Positions 41,177 to 51,596 of a DNA stretch of 64,000 nucleotides are shown one piece after another; the first letter of the stretch is position 1; each line of letters opens with the position of its first letter. Source of the DNA: Candidatus Enterousia sp. (lineage in GTDB: Bacteria; Pseudomonadota; Alphaproteobacteria; Rs-D84); NCBI GenBank assembly GCA_045613345.1, contig JAZLAT010000031.1:50722-114721 (forward strand), written 5' to 3'. The position numbers were made by a program, and so were the translations under genes. A model generated the notes under the pieces. It worked only from the letters and a program-made list of their open reading frames with translations. It was not told the DNA's origin and did no database searches.

Positions 41177-42121
41177 ATGAAACAATTTATATTTGCAATT
41201 ACATTGGCATTGTGTACGACCGTTGTGCAGGCGGCAAATGAAAATGCGGCAACAAGCAAAGAATATGTTGACACCGAACTTGCAACGAAACAGCCAACAA
41301 TTTCGGCACAGGGAAACAATGTTGTTATGACTTTTGACAGTACCGCGACCAATGGCATCGGCACAAAAAATATTTATGACCCGTCGGGCGATTATGCATC
41401 GCAACAAGACGCACTTGTTACCGCCCAAACCGCAAATGCCGCCGTCCAAATGGCAATAAATGGGGAATTTGAATGTGTCCTTTATGATCCGGACAATCCG
41501 ACCGATTGCTGGTGGTGGAATATAAAGCGATTGCCAAATGGGTACACTGAATTACCCTATATCGAAAGCACCGGAACACAATGGGTTCAGACAAATGTAA
41601 CCAGTACTGGCAATATAACAATAGATGCGAACATATTTATTACCAATCAATCTTATATTGCCGACAGTCAGTTTTGCTGTATAGCCGGGGCACATGCAGT
41701 ATCCCGATATTTCGGCATAAATGTTTATAATAATTCTAATTACAACAACTACACTATTGGTGGTCATGAAGGTTCTGTATGGACACCGAACATATGGCAA
41801 CATTATAAATTTACATCTGGCACAGAGGGTGGAAATTTGTACGTTGACGGGGTATTGGTTGCAGATAGAAGTGCTTCAGCATATTCATCATCACAACCTA
41901 TCGGTATTTTTAATATGGGTGATGGATTGGCACGTTCTTTTGCCGGCAGAATGAGAACGGTGACAATATTAAAAGATGGTTCATTGGTTTTTAATGGGGT
42001 TCCCGCACAAAGAAATTCTGATGGCGCGGTCGGTTTTTATGACACCATATCAAATACATTTTTAACAAATTCTGGTACCGGAGATTTTATTGCCGGCACA
42101 TATTTGCCAAATGAACAGTAA
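41177..42121 (+). CDS. Secreted fibre/adhesin-like protein, paralog D (no RNA leader)
   Basis: Same N-terminal stalk as B and C; LPNGYTELPYIESTGTQW...VPAQRNSDGAVGFYDTIS..FLTN.GTG.F. Confidence 0.7.
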   Translation: MKQFIFAITLALCTTVVQAANENAATSKEYVDTELATKQPTISAQGNNVVMTFDSTATNGIGTKNIYDPSGDYASQQDALVTAQTANAAVQMAINGEFECVLYDPDNPTDCWWWNIKRLPNGYTELPYIESTGTQWVQTNVTSTGNITIDANIFITNQSYIADSQFCCIAGAHAVSRYFGINVYNNSNYNNYTIGGHEGSVWTPNIWQHYKFTSGTEGGNLYVDGVLVADRSASAYSSSQPIGIFNMGDGLARSFAGRMRTVTILKDGSLVFNGVPAQRNSDGAVGFYDTISNTFLTNSGTGDFIAGTYLPNEQ

Positions 42122-42140
42122 TAATTTTGGCGTGTCGTTT

Positions 42141-43250
42141 TTACACCGAATATTTTTCGAATACCCGGTTTAATTGGTTGTGGACTTGGATAATGGTTGC
42201 GCATTTTGCCATATGTTTTACCGATGTCGCACCGATATATGTGCAACAAGACGCGATGCCACCCGTAATATCTTGTAAAATTTTATCCAATGCGCCAGTA
42301 TAAGGTATCAATAATTCACGCCCTTCGGATGTTTTATAGTCCCCCATACCGCCCGCAAATTTATTATTCGCATATTCAGATGACATTCCATAATATGCCT
42401 TGAAATACTTTGTTTGAATCACCTTTGCACCATCAATTATTTCATTTGTTTCGAATTGTTTTTCTTGTTTTTCGCCTTCGGCTTCATCAGTGCCCGCAAA
42501 CATTCCGCCAATCATAACAAAATCCGCGTTCAGGCATAGTGCCTTGCATATGTCGCCAACATCAACAATTCCACCATCGGCACAAATATGTCCGTTCACC
42601 GAATGAGCAATATCTGCACATTCCATAATCAATGAAACCATTGGTGTTCCGCAACCGGTTTGCTTGCGCGTTAAACATGCCGAACCACTGCCGATGCCGC
42701 ATTTTATAATGTCGGCATAGTCCAAAAGTTTAAGGCAAATATCACCACTGGCAATATTCCCCGCCATAATAACCGCATCGGGAAATTCTTGGCGGACGCG
42801 CGCCAGCACATCCAAAGCATTTGGAATATAGAAATTCGGCGCATCAATACATATATTCTGTGAATTTGTCCAACCGTATTTTGATTCCAATTCTTTCAAT
42901 TTTTGCATTTCGGAATCTGTATTCTTTAATCCGATTGTTATAAACAAATTGTCCAAAGGCACATTTTCTTGCCGTGCATTTATCATAAAGTTGCTGATTT
43001 CATCAACAGTATAATGTTTGTGAATTGTTGCAAACATTCCGCGTGACAATAACTTTTGCGCAATAACAAAATTTCCAACGGTCGCCATATTTGCGTTGAA
43101 TATGCCCAGTCCTGTTCTTACCTGGCCATGTTTAAACTTGAAAATTCGCTGCAAATTGACTTCCTTGCGCGAATTCAGGTTGATGCCCATTTTGGGGCGA
43201 ATCAAAATATCAGAATAATCAAGATATGTTTCCGAAAGAATTTGTGTCAT
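42141..43250 (-). CDS. guaC: GMP reductase
   Basis: LDYSDILIRPK, ANM, GIGSGSACLTR, ADGG, YYGMSS and SEGR motifs; no CBS domains. Confidence 0.85.
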   Translation of the reverse strand: MTQILSETYLDYSDILIRPKMGINLNSRKEVNLQRIFKFKHGQVRTGLGIFNANMATVGNFVIAQKLLSRGMFATIHKHYTVDEISNFMINARQENVPLDNLFITIGLKNTDSEMQKLKELESKYGWTNSQNICIDAPNFYIPNALDVLARVRQEFPDAVIMAGNIASGDICLKLLDYADIIKCGIGSGSACLTRKQTGCGTPMVSLIMECADIAHSVNGHICADGGIVDVGDICKALCLNADFVMIGGMFAGTDEAEGEKQEKQFETNEIIDGAKVIQTKYFKAYYGMSSEYANNKFAGGMGDYKTSEGRELLIPYTGALDKILQDITGGIASCCTYIGATSVKHMAKCATIIQVHNQLNRVFEKYSV

Positions 43251-43372
43251 AATATATCTCCGTTGGTACGGCGATTATAGATAAAATCTTTGTCGTTTCC
43301 AGTAAAAAGTTGCCACATTGCCAATAGCGACGACGACCAAAAATTAAAACCGTCTAAGACGGTTTGAATTTT

Positions 43373-43448
43373 TGGTGGAGCTGATCGGACTCGAACCGAC
43401 GACCCCTTGCATGCCATGCAAGTGCTCTACCAACTGAGCTACAACCCC
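43373..43448 (-). tRNA. tRNA-Ala(GGC)
   Basis: Reverse complement GGGGTTGTAGCTCAGTTGGTAGAGC...TGGCA...GGTTCGAGTCC...CTCCACCA, 76 nt. Confidence 0.97.
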
Positions 43449-43529
43449 ATATGGCAAGTTATTTTATATTTCTTCTTGCCAAATGTCAAATATATTTGCT
43501 AACCTGTATTCAAGTTAAAGGAGTTAAAA

Positions 43530-44090
43530 ATGGATTTTCAATTATTAAAAGGTGAAGTCGAACAAAAAACCGCGCAAACAATCGATGTTCTGCGTAATGA
43601 ATATGCGGGGTTGCGCACGGGGCGTGCTTCGGTGCACTTGCTTGACGGGGTGCGCGTGGAAACATACGGTTCGGATATGCCACTGAATCAATTGGCGACG
43701 GTTTCTACGCCCGATAACCAGACTCTGTCTGTGACGGTGTGGGATATTTCCAATGTCGGTGCGGTCGAAAAAGCGATTCGCGATTCGGGTTTGGGTCTGA
43801 ACCCGATGAGTGCCGGCGGTGTTATTCGCTTGAACATGCCACCGCTTACCGAAGAACGTCGTCGCGAATTGACCAAGGTTGCGGGGAAATATGCCGAAGA
43901 AGCCAAAATTTCTATGCGCAACATTCGCCAAGACGCAATGGGCAAAATCAAGCGCGCCGTAACCGACAAAGAAATTTCCGAAGACGACCAACGCAAATAT
44001 GAAAACGATTTACAGAAAGTTTTCGATGCTCGCAGTGCCGAGGTTGATTCAATCGCAAAGCAAAAAGAAGCGGACATTATGTCTGTATAA
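43530..44090 (+). CDS. frr: Ribosome recycling factor
   Basis: LRTGRAS, LGLNP and PPLTEERRREL motifs. Confidence 0.97.
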   Translation: MDFQLLKGEVEQKTAQTIDVLRNEYAGLRTGRASVHLLDGVRVETYGSDMPLNQLATVSTPDNQTLSVTVWDISNVGAVEKAIRDSGLGLNPMSAGGVIRLNMPPLTEERRRELTKVAGKYAEEAKISMRNIRQDAMGKIKRAVTDKEISEDDQRKYENDLQKVFDARSAEVDSIAKQKEADIMSV

Positions 44091-44117
44091 GTCCAACCCA
44101 AAAATATCGGTGTAAAA

Positions 44118-44882
44118 ATGTTTAGATTGTTCAAAAAAAAGTCTGTCGCGCCCAGTGCAACCAAAAAAATCCCATCCCATGTCGCATTTATTTGTGACGG
44201 GAATCGTCGGTGGGCTGAATCACGCGGCTTGCCGCCATTAATGGGGCATCGCGCGGGAATTTCTAATTTTGAAAACTTGGTTGATTGGTTTGTTGCGCGT
44301 GGCGTAACAACTGTGACTTTCTTTATATTTTCTACCGAAAATTGGAATCGTTCTGATGAAGAAGTCAAATTTTTGATGGATTTATTTTATACGGAATTAA
44401 AGAAAAACCTTGAACACGCGATAGAGAAAAACCTGCGCTATCGGGTGATTGGCACACGTGAACGATTGCCGAAAAAATTGGCGGACATGTGCGATAAATT
44501 GGAATCTGAATCCGCCGAAAATACGGGTGGAACGGTAGTGTTTGCATTGAATTATGGCGGTCAAGACGAAATAGTGAACGCCGTGAATGCTGCGGTTGAT
44601 GCGGGCGAACATGTAACGCGCGAAAGTTTTGAAACATTTCTTGATACGGGGGATTTGTTGCCGATTGACCTTATGGTTCGCACAAGCAACGAATTTAGGA
44701 TTTCTAACTTCTTGTTGTGGAAATTGGCGTATGCAGAATTATTGTTTGTGCCCGAACATTGGCCGGAACTGGTAAAATCGGAAAAACTTTGGCAATTCGT
44801 CTTGGATGAATACGCACACCGCAATCGTAGATTCGGTGGCGGCAAAAAAGCAAATTATTCTGGGAAAAATCGGGGGAAATAA
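44118..44882 (+). CDS. uppS: Undecaprenyl diphosphate synthase
   Basis: DGNRRWA, FSTENWNR, NYGG and RTS.E.RISNFLLW motifs. Confidence 0.95.
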   Translation: MFRLFKKKSVAPSATKKIPSHVAFICDGNRRWAESRGLPPLMGHRAGISNFENLVDWFVARGVTTVTFFIFSTENWNRSDEEVKFLMDLFYTELKKNLEHAIEKNLRYRVIGTRERLPKKLADMCDKLESESAENTGGTVVFALNYGGQDEIVNAVNAAVDAGEHVTRESFETFLDTGDLLPIDLMVRTSNEFRISNFLLWKLAYAELLFVPEHWPELVKSEKLWQFVLDEYAHRNRRFGGGKKANYSGKNRGK

Positions 44883-44883
44883 A

Positions 44884-45528
44884 ATGTCGGATACAATAAA
44901 CAGGATTCTGGTTGCCATCGCATTGGTTGTTGCGGTGTTGGTGGTGTGGTTCGGTTTTGGCGCGCGCGGAATTTATTGGATAAGCATACTGGTCGGTGCG
45001 GGTATGATTTTTGAATTCTTGCGTGTTTTATGGCACGCCCCCCGCGATGTGATGTTTAACGGAAAAAATCTTGCATTGTTTGGTGGATTTTTGGTTTTGT
45101 TATGTTTGGACTTTGCGTCTTTATTGACGATTGGTCGGCGACCAATGCTGTTGCTTATGATTTTGGTTATCGTTGCCGCCGCTGATATATGTGCGTGGCT
45201 TTTTGGGCGAATAATTGGCGGCGATAAAATGTGGGAGAAAATTTCCGAACACAAAACATGGGCGGGACAAATTGCCGGAATTATCGGCGGTATGTGCGCG
45301 GGGATTTTATATGGTCGTGTTGTTATGGGGGGCTTTGTGCCCCAGATGATTTGGATTGGTATAAGTGTTGCGTTGCTGTCGCAATACGGCGATTTGACCG
45401 CAAGTTTTATAAAACGCAAAATCGGTATCAAAGATTTCAGTAACGTCCTTGGCAAACACGGTGGAATCATTGATCGGTTTGACGGGTGGACTTATGTTTT
45501 ACCACTTATTTGGATGATTTTGGCATAA
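44884..45528 (+). CDS. cdsA: Phosphatidate cytidylyltransferase
   Basis: IS..KTWAG, GDL..S.IKR..GIKD and HGGIIDRFD motifs. Confidence 0.93.
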   Translation: MSDTINRILVAIALVVAVLVVWFGFGARGIYWISILVGAGMIFEFLRVLWHAPRDVMFNGKNLALFGGFLVLLCLDFASLLTIGRRPMLLLMILVIVAAADICAWLFGRIIGGDKMWEKISEHKTWAGQIAGIIGGMCAGILYGRVVMGGFVPQMIWIGISVALLSQYGDLTASFIKRKIGIKDFSNVLGKHGGIIDRFDGWTYVLPLIWMILA

Positions 45529-45540
45529 AGGAAGGGAAAC

Positions 45541-46596
45541 ATGCATACGTTGACTACTATTATTGCGTTGTTGATTGTTTTAGGTGTTGTGGTTTTTATT
45601 CACGAATTGGGGCATTTTTTGGCTGCGCGATGGGCGGGGGTGCGCGTCGATGCATTTTCTATTGGTTTTGGACCGGCAATTATCAAGTGGCACGACAAAC
45701 GCGGCACAGTTTGGAAGATTGCATGTTTGCCACTTGGTGGATATGTTTCCATATATGGTCAAGAAGATATGTTTAATCGCAAGAAATATGCTGATTTGCC
45801 TGCGGATAAAAAAGTCGGACATTATCTGTCTGTACCTGCATGGAAGCAATTTATTATTATCGGCGCGGGTGTATTTATGAACTTTATGTTGGCATGGGGG
45901 ATATATTCGGCGATATTTATGTTTAAACCGCGCACTGTGCAATTGCCTGTGATTGGGCAAGTCATCCAAGAAAGTGTCGCATTTCGGGCGGGCGTAAAGC
46001 CGGGTGATGTTGTGGTGCAAATTGACGGTGAAAAAATAACAAATTGGGGCGAATTGGTTATTGCCAAAGAATTGGCAACATCACGCGATGCAAATGTTAA
46101 AATTTCGCGCGGCGATAACATAATCGATGTTAAATTTGAACCCGCAGAACGTTGGGGATTGGTCGCAGACGGCGGAAAAACGGAGTTCCGCAAAAAAGGA
46201 TTTTTTGGTGCAATTTATTCTGGGGCGCGTGAAACTTATTATCAATCGAAAACTTTGTTGACGGTGCTTAAACAAATTATTACTGGCGACCGTTCATCAA
46301 AGCAACTTGGGTCGTTCATTACGATTGCAGAAATTTCTGGACGTGCGATGGCAAACGGAATATTTGCGTTGTTGTCTATTATTGCGTTGTTGTCTGTGAA
46401 TTTGGGGGTGATAAATTTATTGCCCTTACCGGTTTTAGACGGGGGGTACCTTCTGATTTTAATTATCGAAGGTGCAACACGCAAAAAACTTGGTGGGCGC
46501 GGTATGGAAATCGTCATCGTTTGCGGCTGGGTATTCTTGGCGTTTGTATTTGCGCTTACTATGTGGAATGATATAGCACGGGTGTTTGGATTATGA
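45541..46596 (+). CDS. rseP: RIP metalloprotease RseP
   Basis: HELGH, PDZ domain and NLLPLPVLDGG. Confidence 0.95.
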   Translation: MHTLTTIIALLIVLGVVVFIHELGHFLAARWAGVRVDAFSIGFGPAIIKWHDKRGTVWKIACLPLGGYVSIYGQEDMFNRKKYADLPADKKVGHYLSVPAWKQFIIIGAGVFMNFMLAWGIYSAIFMFKPRTVQLPVIGQVIQESVAFRAGVKPGDVVVQIDGEKITNWGELVIAKELATSRDANVKISRGDNIIDVKFEPAERWGLVADGGKTEFRKKGFFGAIYSGARETYYQSKTLLTVLKQIITGDRSSKQLGSFITIAEISGRAMANGIFALLSIIALLSVNLGVINLLPLPVLDGGYLLILIIEGATRKKLGGRGMEIVIVCGWVFLAFVFALTMWNDIARVFGL

Positions 46597-48857
46597 GAAA
46601 TAAAACAATTGGATTTTTAACGGTCTTGGGCACGATTGGTATCGCCAAAGCGGATGTTGTGTCGCGTATTGACGTCACCGGAAACCAGCGTATGGATGCA
46701 GAGTCTGTACGTATATTGGCGGGTGTAAAAACCGGAATCAATGTCAATGACGAACATATAAATCAGATTGCAAAGCAATTACAGGAAAGTGGGTATTTTT
46801 CGCATGTATCTGTTCAAATGAACGGTGGTGTGATAAAGATAAATGTGACCGAATCGCCAATTGTAAATATTGTGACGGTCGAAGGTAATGACGAAGTTTC
46901 CACCGATGATTTAAAAAAAGAAATTAAACTTGCGGAACGTTCTGCGTATGATGAAACCGTAATTGGTGCGGATGTTGGGCGTATGCTGACGGTGTATCAA
47001 CGCAAGGGCTTTTTTGGAACGAAAATAAATCCCAAGAAAATCGTATTGGACGATAATCGCGTAAATGTGGTTTACGAAATTAAAGAAGGTCATCCGACTT
47101 ATATCGATTCTATTGATTTTGAAGGAAACGAAAAGTTTAATGATAAAACTTTGCGTGGTGAAATATTGTCACGTGAACACGCATGGTGGCGTTTTATGAC
47201 TCAATTTGATGTATATGATGAAGACCGCATCATGTATGATCAACAAATGTTGCGGCAATTTTACCTTCGTAATGGATATGTCGATTTCCAAGTTAAAAAT
47301 GCCAAGGGAACTTTTACCCCAGACCGCGAATATTATTCGGTTGTCTTTACGGTCGACGAAGGCGCAAAGTATAATATTGGCAGTGTGACAATTGATAATC
47401 CTTTTGATGATGTTCCAACGGGCGAACTGCGCGATGTTTTAAAAATTTCAAAAGGTGACACTTATAATATTGATGAAATTGATGCAACGGTTTCGGCGTT
47501 ACGCGGTGCGGTTGCTGACCATGGATATGCGTTTATAAATATTGAACCTGTGCCGACCAAGAATGACAAGACTCATACTATTGATATTGATTTTAAAATT
47601 CAAAAAACTCAACGTGTGTATTTAAATTCTATCAATATATTGGGTAATGTTCGTACATTTGATTCGGTTATCAACCAAATGATTCCGATGCGGGCAGGCG
47701 ATCCTTTTTCATTACAAACGATTGAACAAGGTCGTCAACGTTTAATGCGAACACGGTATTTCAAAGATGTGCAAATGGTTCCAACACGAATTCCAGATGC
47801 AAATATGATGAATTTGGATATCAAAGTCGAAGAACAACCGACTGGTGAATTGTCGGGTGGATTTGGTTGGTCAAACATCAATGGTTTTATGGTTGATGCG
47901 GGTATTACCGAAAATAACTTTATGGGACGTGGACAAACGGTGCAATTGCGGGGTTCTATTGCGCAATATCAAAAGCAAGCATTATTCAGTTTTACTGAAC
48001 CGTTTTTGTTTGGACGTGCGCTGTCTGGTGGATTTGATGTTTCTTATACTATGTACGATTATAAAAAGTTGGGTGGTTTTGGTTATGATCGTGATTCTTT
48101 GACTGTGTCGGGGCGCCTGGGGTGGCAATTGACCGACCATTGGACCCAGGTTTTGCGTATTTCGGCTTCATTTGATCAAAACTATGATCTCCAGGCCGGC
48201 GGATGGCAAGATGCGACTCTTTATACTGTTGGAACTTATTTGAAGTATTATAATCTGGACACGAATTTCGAGCAAAATACACATACTGGTTTGGTTGGTA
48301 ATTTGGGTGTCGCATATACCGGTTTTGGTGGCACAGAAACATTTCTGCGATATAATGCCGATGTAATTGCGATGGTGAATTTCTGGGATGACCGCTGGCA
48401 GTTACGAACATCATTGGATTTTGGTTTAATCCAAACGATTGGTGACGATTATGTCCCGCGTGTATATCGGTACTTTTTGGGTGGCGAATCTTTGCGCGGA
48501 TTTGATATCGCGGGCGTAGGCAGTCGCAATTGGCGTTACATGTCGTATTCTTTGGGCGGTATGTGGAAAGCCAATGGTTCGACCCAGTTGAATTTCCCAA
48601 TCTTTATTCCCGATGAATATCAAATCAAGGGTTTTGTGTTTATGGATTATGGTATTTTGGGTAAACCACCGGCGCGTGAAGATACATATGACGGTCAGCC
48701 GAATTATATCGAAAGCGGTTTTCGTACTTCTGCGGGTGTTGGTATATATTGGAATACGCCAATGGGACCAATGAATTTCAGTTGGGGTTGGCCGTTAAAA
48801 GTCGGACCACATGATCGCGAACGTCGTTTCTTGTTATCATTTGAAACCCAGTTTTAA
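46593..48857 (+). CDS. bamA: Outer membrane protein assembly factor BamA
   Basis: POTRA repeats, LGGESLRGF, TPMGP and terminal F. Confidence 0.95.
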   Translation: MRNKTIGFLTVLGTIGIAKADVVSRIDVTGNQRMDAESVRILAGVKTGINVNDEHINQIAKQLQESGYFSHVSVQMNGGVIKINVTESPIVNIVTVEGNDEVSTDDLKKEIKLAERSAYDETVIGADVGRMLTVYQRKGFFGTKINPKKIVLDDNRVNVVYEIKEGHPTYIDSIDFEGNEKFNDKTLRGEILSREHAWWRFMTQFDVYDEDRIMYDQQMLRQFYLRNGYVDFQVKNAKGTFTPDREYYSVVFTVDEGAKYNIGSVTIDNPFDDVPTGELRDVLKISKGDTYNIDEIDATVSALRGAVADHGYAFINIEPVPTKNDKTHTIDIDFKIQKTQRVYLNSINILGNVRTFDSVINQMIPMRAGDPFSLQTIEQGRQRLMRTRYFKDVQMVPTRIPDANMMNLDIKVEEQPTGELSGGFGWSNINGFMVDAGITENNFMGRGQTVQLRGSIAQYQKQALFSFTEPFLFGRALSGGFDVSYTMYDYKKLGGFGYDRDSLTVSGRLGWQLTDHWTQVLRISASFDQNYDLQAGGWQDATLYTVGTYLKYYNLDTNFEQNTHTGLVGNLGVAYTGFGGTETFLRYNADVIAMVNFWDDRWQLRTSLDFGLIQTIGDDYVPRVYRYFLGGESLRGFDIAGVGSRNWRYMSYSLGGMWKANGSTQLNFPIFIPDEYQIKGFVFMDYGILGKPPAREDTYDGQPNYIESGFRTSAGVGIYWNTPMGPMNFSWGWPLKVGPHDRERRFLLSFETQF

Positions 48858-48917
48858 TACTTGACCAAACACAAGAAAATTTTTTATAATCAAAAAGTAA
48901 TATGGGAGAAAAAGAAT

Positions 48918-49064
48918 ATGAAAAAGTTGATACTTGGTTTGTTTGTTGGGCTTGCACTTGCCGGATGTGGTCAGATTTATGATCGCGAACCGGTTGGTGT
49001 TGGATACGACACAAACGAATTGAAACTTAGTCCGTGCGCATGCATTATGGTGTATCGTGCATAG
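48918..49064 (+). CDS. Small lipoprotein, VirB7-like
   Basis: Lipobox LAGC; C-terminal LKLSPCAC. Confidence 0.5.
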   Translation: MKKLILGLFVGLALAGCGQIYDREPVGVGYDTNELKLSPCACIMVYRA

Positions 49065-49088
49065 AACTTGATTTGTGGAGGGGGGTAT

Positions 49089-49796
49089 ATGGTTTACCCG
49101 GACGATTTTGATACGTCGGCATTTCCGGCGGGAAGATTGGTTGCAGCTTCCCGCACTTTGGGTATTTGGATTGCAGTATCGTTGTTTTTAATTGCCATTT
49201 GTGCAATTGCGTTGCCGTGGATTCGGATGAATCAAAAGATTGACCCGTTGGTTATTTATGTTGATGGTGCGAATGGTCAATGGGAACTTGTCCCGAATGG
49301 TCAAATAAAAATGAATTTGCATCAAGATTGGACTTATTATTACGCAACCCAGCGCGCCTTGGTCGGAATATTTACAAAAAAGTGGTTTACTATATCGAAC
49401 AACAGTGAATCAAACGATAAAATGTGGGCACGATGCGCCCGTACATCTGAATGCAACGAACGTGTATTGAACGCTTTCCCGAACAAAGACGGGTGTGATA
49501 TTTTCTGTATGTCGGGTGAAGATTTATACAAAAAATTTACAACAAATGTGTTGCCGACATATGAAACTGCAATATCTTTTGGTGAACGGTGGCGCATAAG
49601 CCCGTCTCGCCTGGATATTAAACCAAGTGGAAATATTACTGCCAACGGGGGTACTTGGGTTGTGCGGAGTCGGGTTTATTCTAATAATGGCGAATTTGAC
49701 ATTGTTGCGTACGTTGTTGTTGCGCGGAACGAAGCGTATTATCCGCAAACATTGGGATATTATGTATCCGAATTTAATGCATACAGGGAAAATTGA
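49089..49796 (+). CDS. Bitopic membrane protein, VirB8-like
   Basis: Short cytoplasmic tail, TM helix, periplasmic domain ending P..LGYYVSEF. Confidence 0.45.
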   Translation: MVYPDDFDTSAFPAGRLVAASRTLGIWIAVSLFLIAICAIALPWIRMNQKIDPLVIYVDGANGQWELVPNGQIKMNLHQDWTYYYATQRALVGIFTKKWFTISNNSESNDKMWARCARTSECNERVLNAFPNKDGCDIFCMSGEDLYKKFTTNVLPTYETAISFGERWRISPSRLDIKPSGNITANGGTWVVRSRVYSNNGEFDIVAYVVVARNEAYYPQTLGYYVSEFNAYREN

Positions 49797-50440
49797 TGAA
49801 GAAGTTGCTTGGGTTTATTGTTGGACTATTGACTATGTTGGTGGTATTCGCCATGGTGTATATGTCGGGCGCTATATATGATATGGGTGGCAAGGCTTAT
49901 ATTGAACCGTTCTTTATGCGTATTGGTGTTAATGCCGCCGATATTACGGAAAGCCCGCGACCATTAAAAGATTTTCAACAAAGTCGCTTGCGCGATTGGA
50001 TGATTCAAAAATTTGTTTACGAATATCTTTATATTGAACCAACCGCCCAAAACATTGAACGCCGAACCAGTGCCCAGGGTTTTTATGCGCCATTGTATAT
50101 GATGGCAAACGAAGATGTCTTTAAAACATGGTGCGATACCGAGGCCAAAGATATGGGCGAATTGGCGGCCAAGGGTGTTCATCGCACTGTGCGCGTTTTT
50201 GACGAAATTTTAACCGACGGTGATTATTATGTGGTTGATTACGAGACAAAAACGTGGTACAAACCAAACGATATGACGGTTGGACCGATTACGGAGCGCG
50301 GCACGATGTATTTGGGTATAGAATATACTGGGCAACTGCGTCAACCACAAGAACGGGCGGTTGAATTGTTGCGTGATGGTATTGACCCCGCCACAATGTT
50401 CGGATTTTCGGTCACCAAGGTAATAAAAATCGAGAAATAA
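49793..50440 (+). CDS. Bitopic membrane protein, VirB8-like
   Basis: TM helix; IQKFVYEY...LYMMANEDVFKTW...RTV...FGFSVTK. Confidence 0.45.
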   Translation: MMKKLLGFIVGLLTMLVVFAMVYMSGAIYDMGGKAYIEPFFMRIGVNAADITESPRPLKDFQQSRLRDWMIQKFVYEYLYIEPTAQNIERRTSAQGFYAPLYMMANEDVFKTWCDTEAKDMGELAAKGVHRTVRVFDEILTDGDYYVVDYETKTWYKPNDMTVGPITERGTMYLGIEYTGQLRQPQERAVELLRDGIDPATMFGFSVTKVIKIEK

Positions 50441-50442
50441 TA

Positions 50443-51246
50443 ATGAAGCATTTGTTTTTAATTTTTGCGTGTTTGTTTTGGGGCGCGTGTGCATGCGCAG
50501 ACGAATTTGATTATGGATATTTTGCAGACTATGAATCGTCGGACATGTCGGAATATGATATCCAAACCACTGATGATGAAAACGCATCGTGCAATGTGAC
50601 AAATGTGAATATCAATCCTGGGGCAGAACCTTTGGGGGTTGGTGACTTTGATATTGCGGGGATTATGTTGGGTATGGATTTTGAATCGGCACAAATGGTG
50701 GCGCGTGAAAATGGTATCTATGTGAATCGTCCGAAAAACAGTGTCGTATATTCTATGCACAAAGATTGGCGATACAATTTGGATTATGAATGTCGGCAAC
50801 AAAAGATTTATGTCCCTGCGCAATTGGAAAAGTGTATAAATTCGCTGGCGCGTAGCCGTGGTGTGCTGTATGCGTCCGAATTGCACTTGGTGCGCGATAT
50901 TACGGGCGAAACAATCGATGTATATTTTACAAGCAACGCAACCGATAATGTTGTATGGAAAATCGTGTATAAAAACGATGCCGATGAAACCGAAGGCGCG
51001 GATGAAAAGTTCGATAATCAACGCAACAAGAAAATTATGTCTTGGTGGCAAAATGTGTTGGAAAAATATGGCGCACCAAATGCGGATACTGATAAATGGG
51101 CATCATCGGATAATGCCTATGATCCGTTGATGACGGCGTATTATGGTGAACTTGAATTGGTTGATTGCGGTCGCGCCGCCGAAGACAGCACCCGCAATGT
51201 GCGCCAAGCGATGGATAATTTTGCCGCAAAACCTTATGCTTTTTAA
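50443..51246 (+). CDS. Secreted hypothetical protein
   Basis: Signal peptide; FDIAGIMLGM...EKYGAP. Confidence 0.65.
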   Translation: MKHLFLIFACLFWGACACADEFDYGYFADYESSDMSEYDIQTTDDENASCNVTNVNINPGAEPLGVGDFDIAGIMLGMDFESAQMVARENGIYVNRPKNSVVYSMHKDWRYNLDYECRQQKIYVPAQLEKCINSLARSRGVLYASELHLVRDITGETIDVYFTSNATDNVVWKIVYKNDADETEGADEKFDNQRNKKIMSWWQNVLEKYGAPNADTDKWASSDNAYDPLMTAYYGELELVDCGRAAEDSTRNVRQAMDNFAAKPYAF

Positions 51247-51251
51247 TAGTT

Positions 51252-51596
51252 ATGGATTCTTATAAAACTGGATTATTTTCGGAATTTTTGGCATGTGTGT
51301 ATCTGGTGTTGCACGGATTTCGGATTGTTCGGCGGCGATACACGACGGGTCGCAATACAAATCGTGCCGAGATAGATATCATCGCGCGTCGTGGAAATTT
51401 AATCGTATTTGTCGAGGTTAAAAAACGCAAAACCATCACCGCGGCATTTGACGCGATAACTGTGCCGCAAATTCGACGGCTGCGTGCGGCGGCAGAAACA
51501 TATTTGTTAAAGACTCATTGGCGTGGCGACGCACGATTTGATGTAATAATAATTCATAACGGTTACCGAATTAAATGGATTTGTGGCGCGATTTAA
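51252..51596 (+). CDS. yraN: YraN (UPF0102) nuclease
   Basis: G...E..A..YL...G, EIDIIA...LIVFVEVK and RFDV motifs. Confidence 0.9.
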   Translation: MDSYKTGLFSEFLACVYLVLHGFRIVRRRYTTGRNTNRAEIDIIARRGNLIVFVEVKKRKTITAAFDAITVPQIRRLRAAAETYLLKTHWRGDARFDVIIIHNGYRIKWICGAI

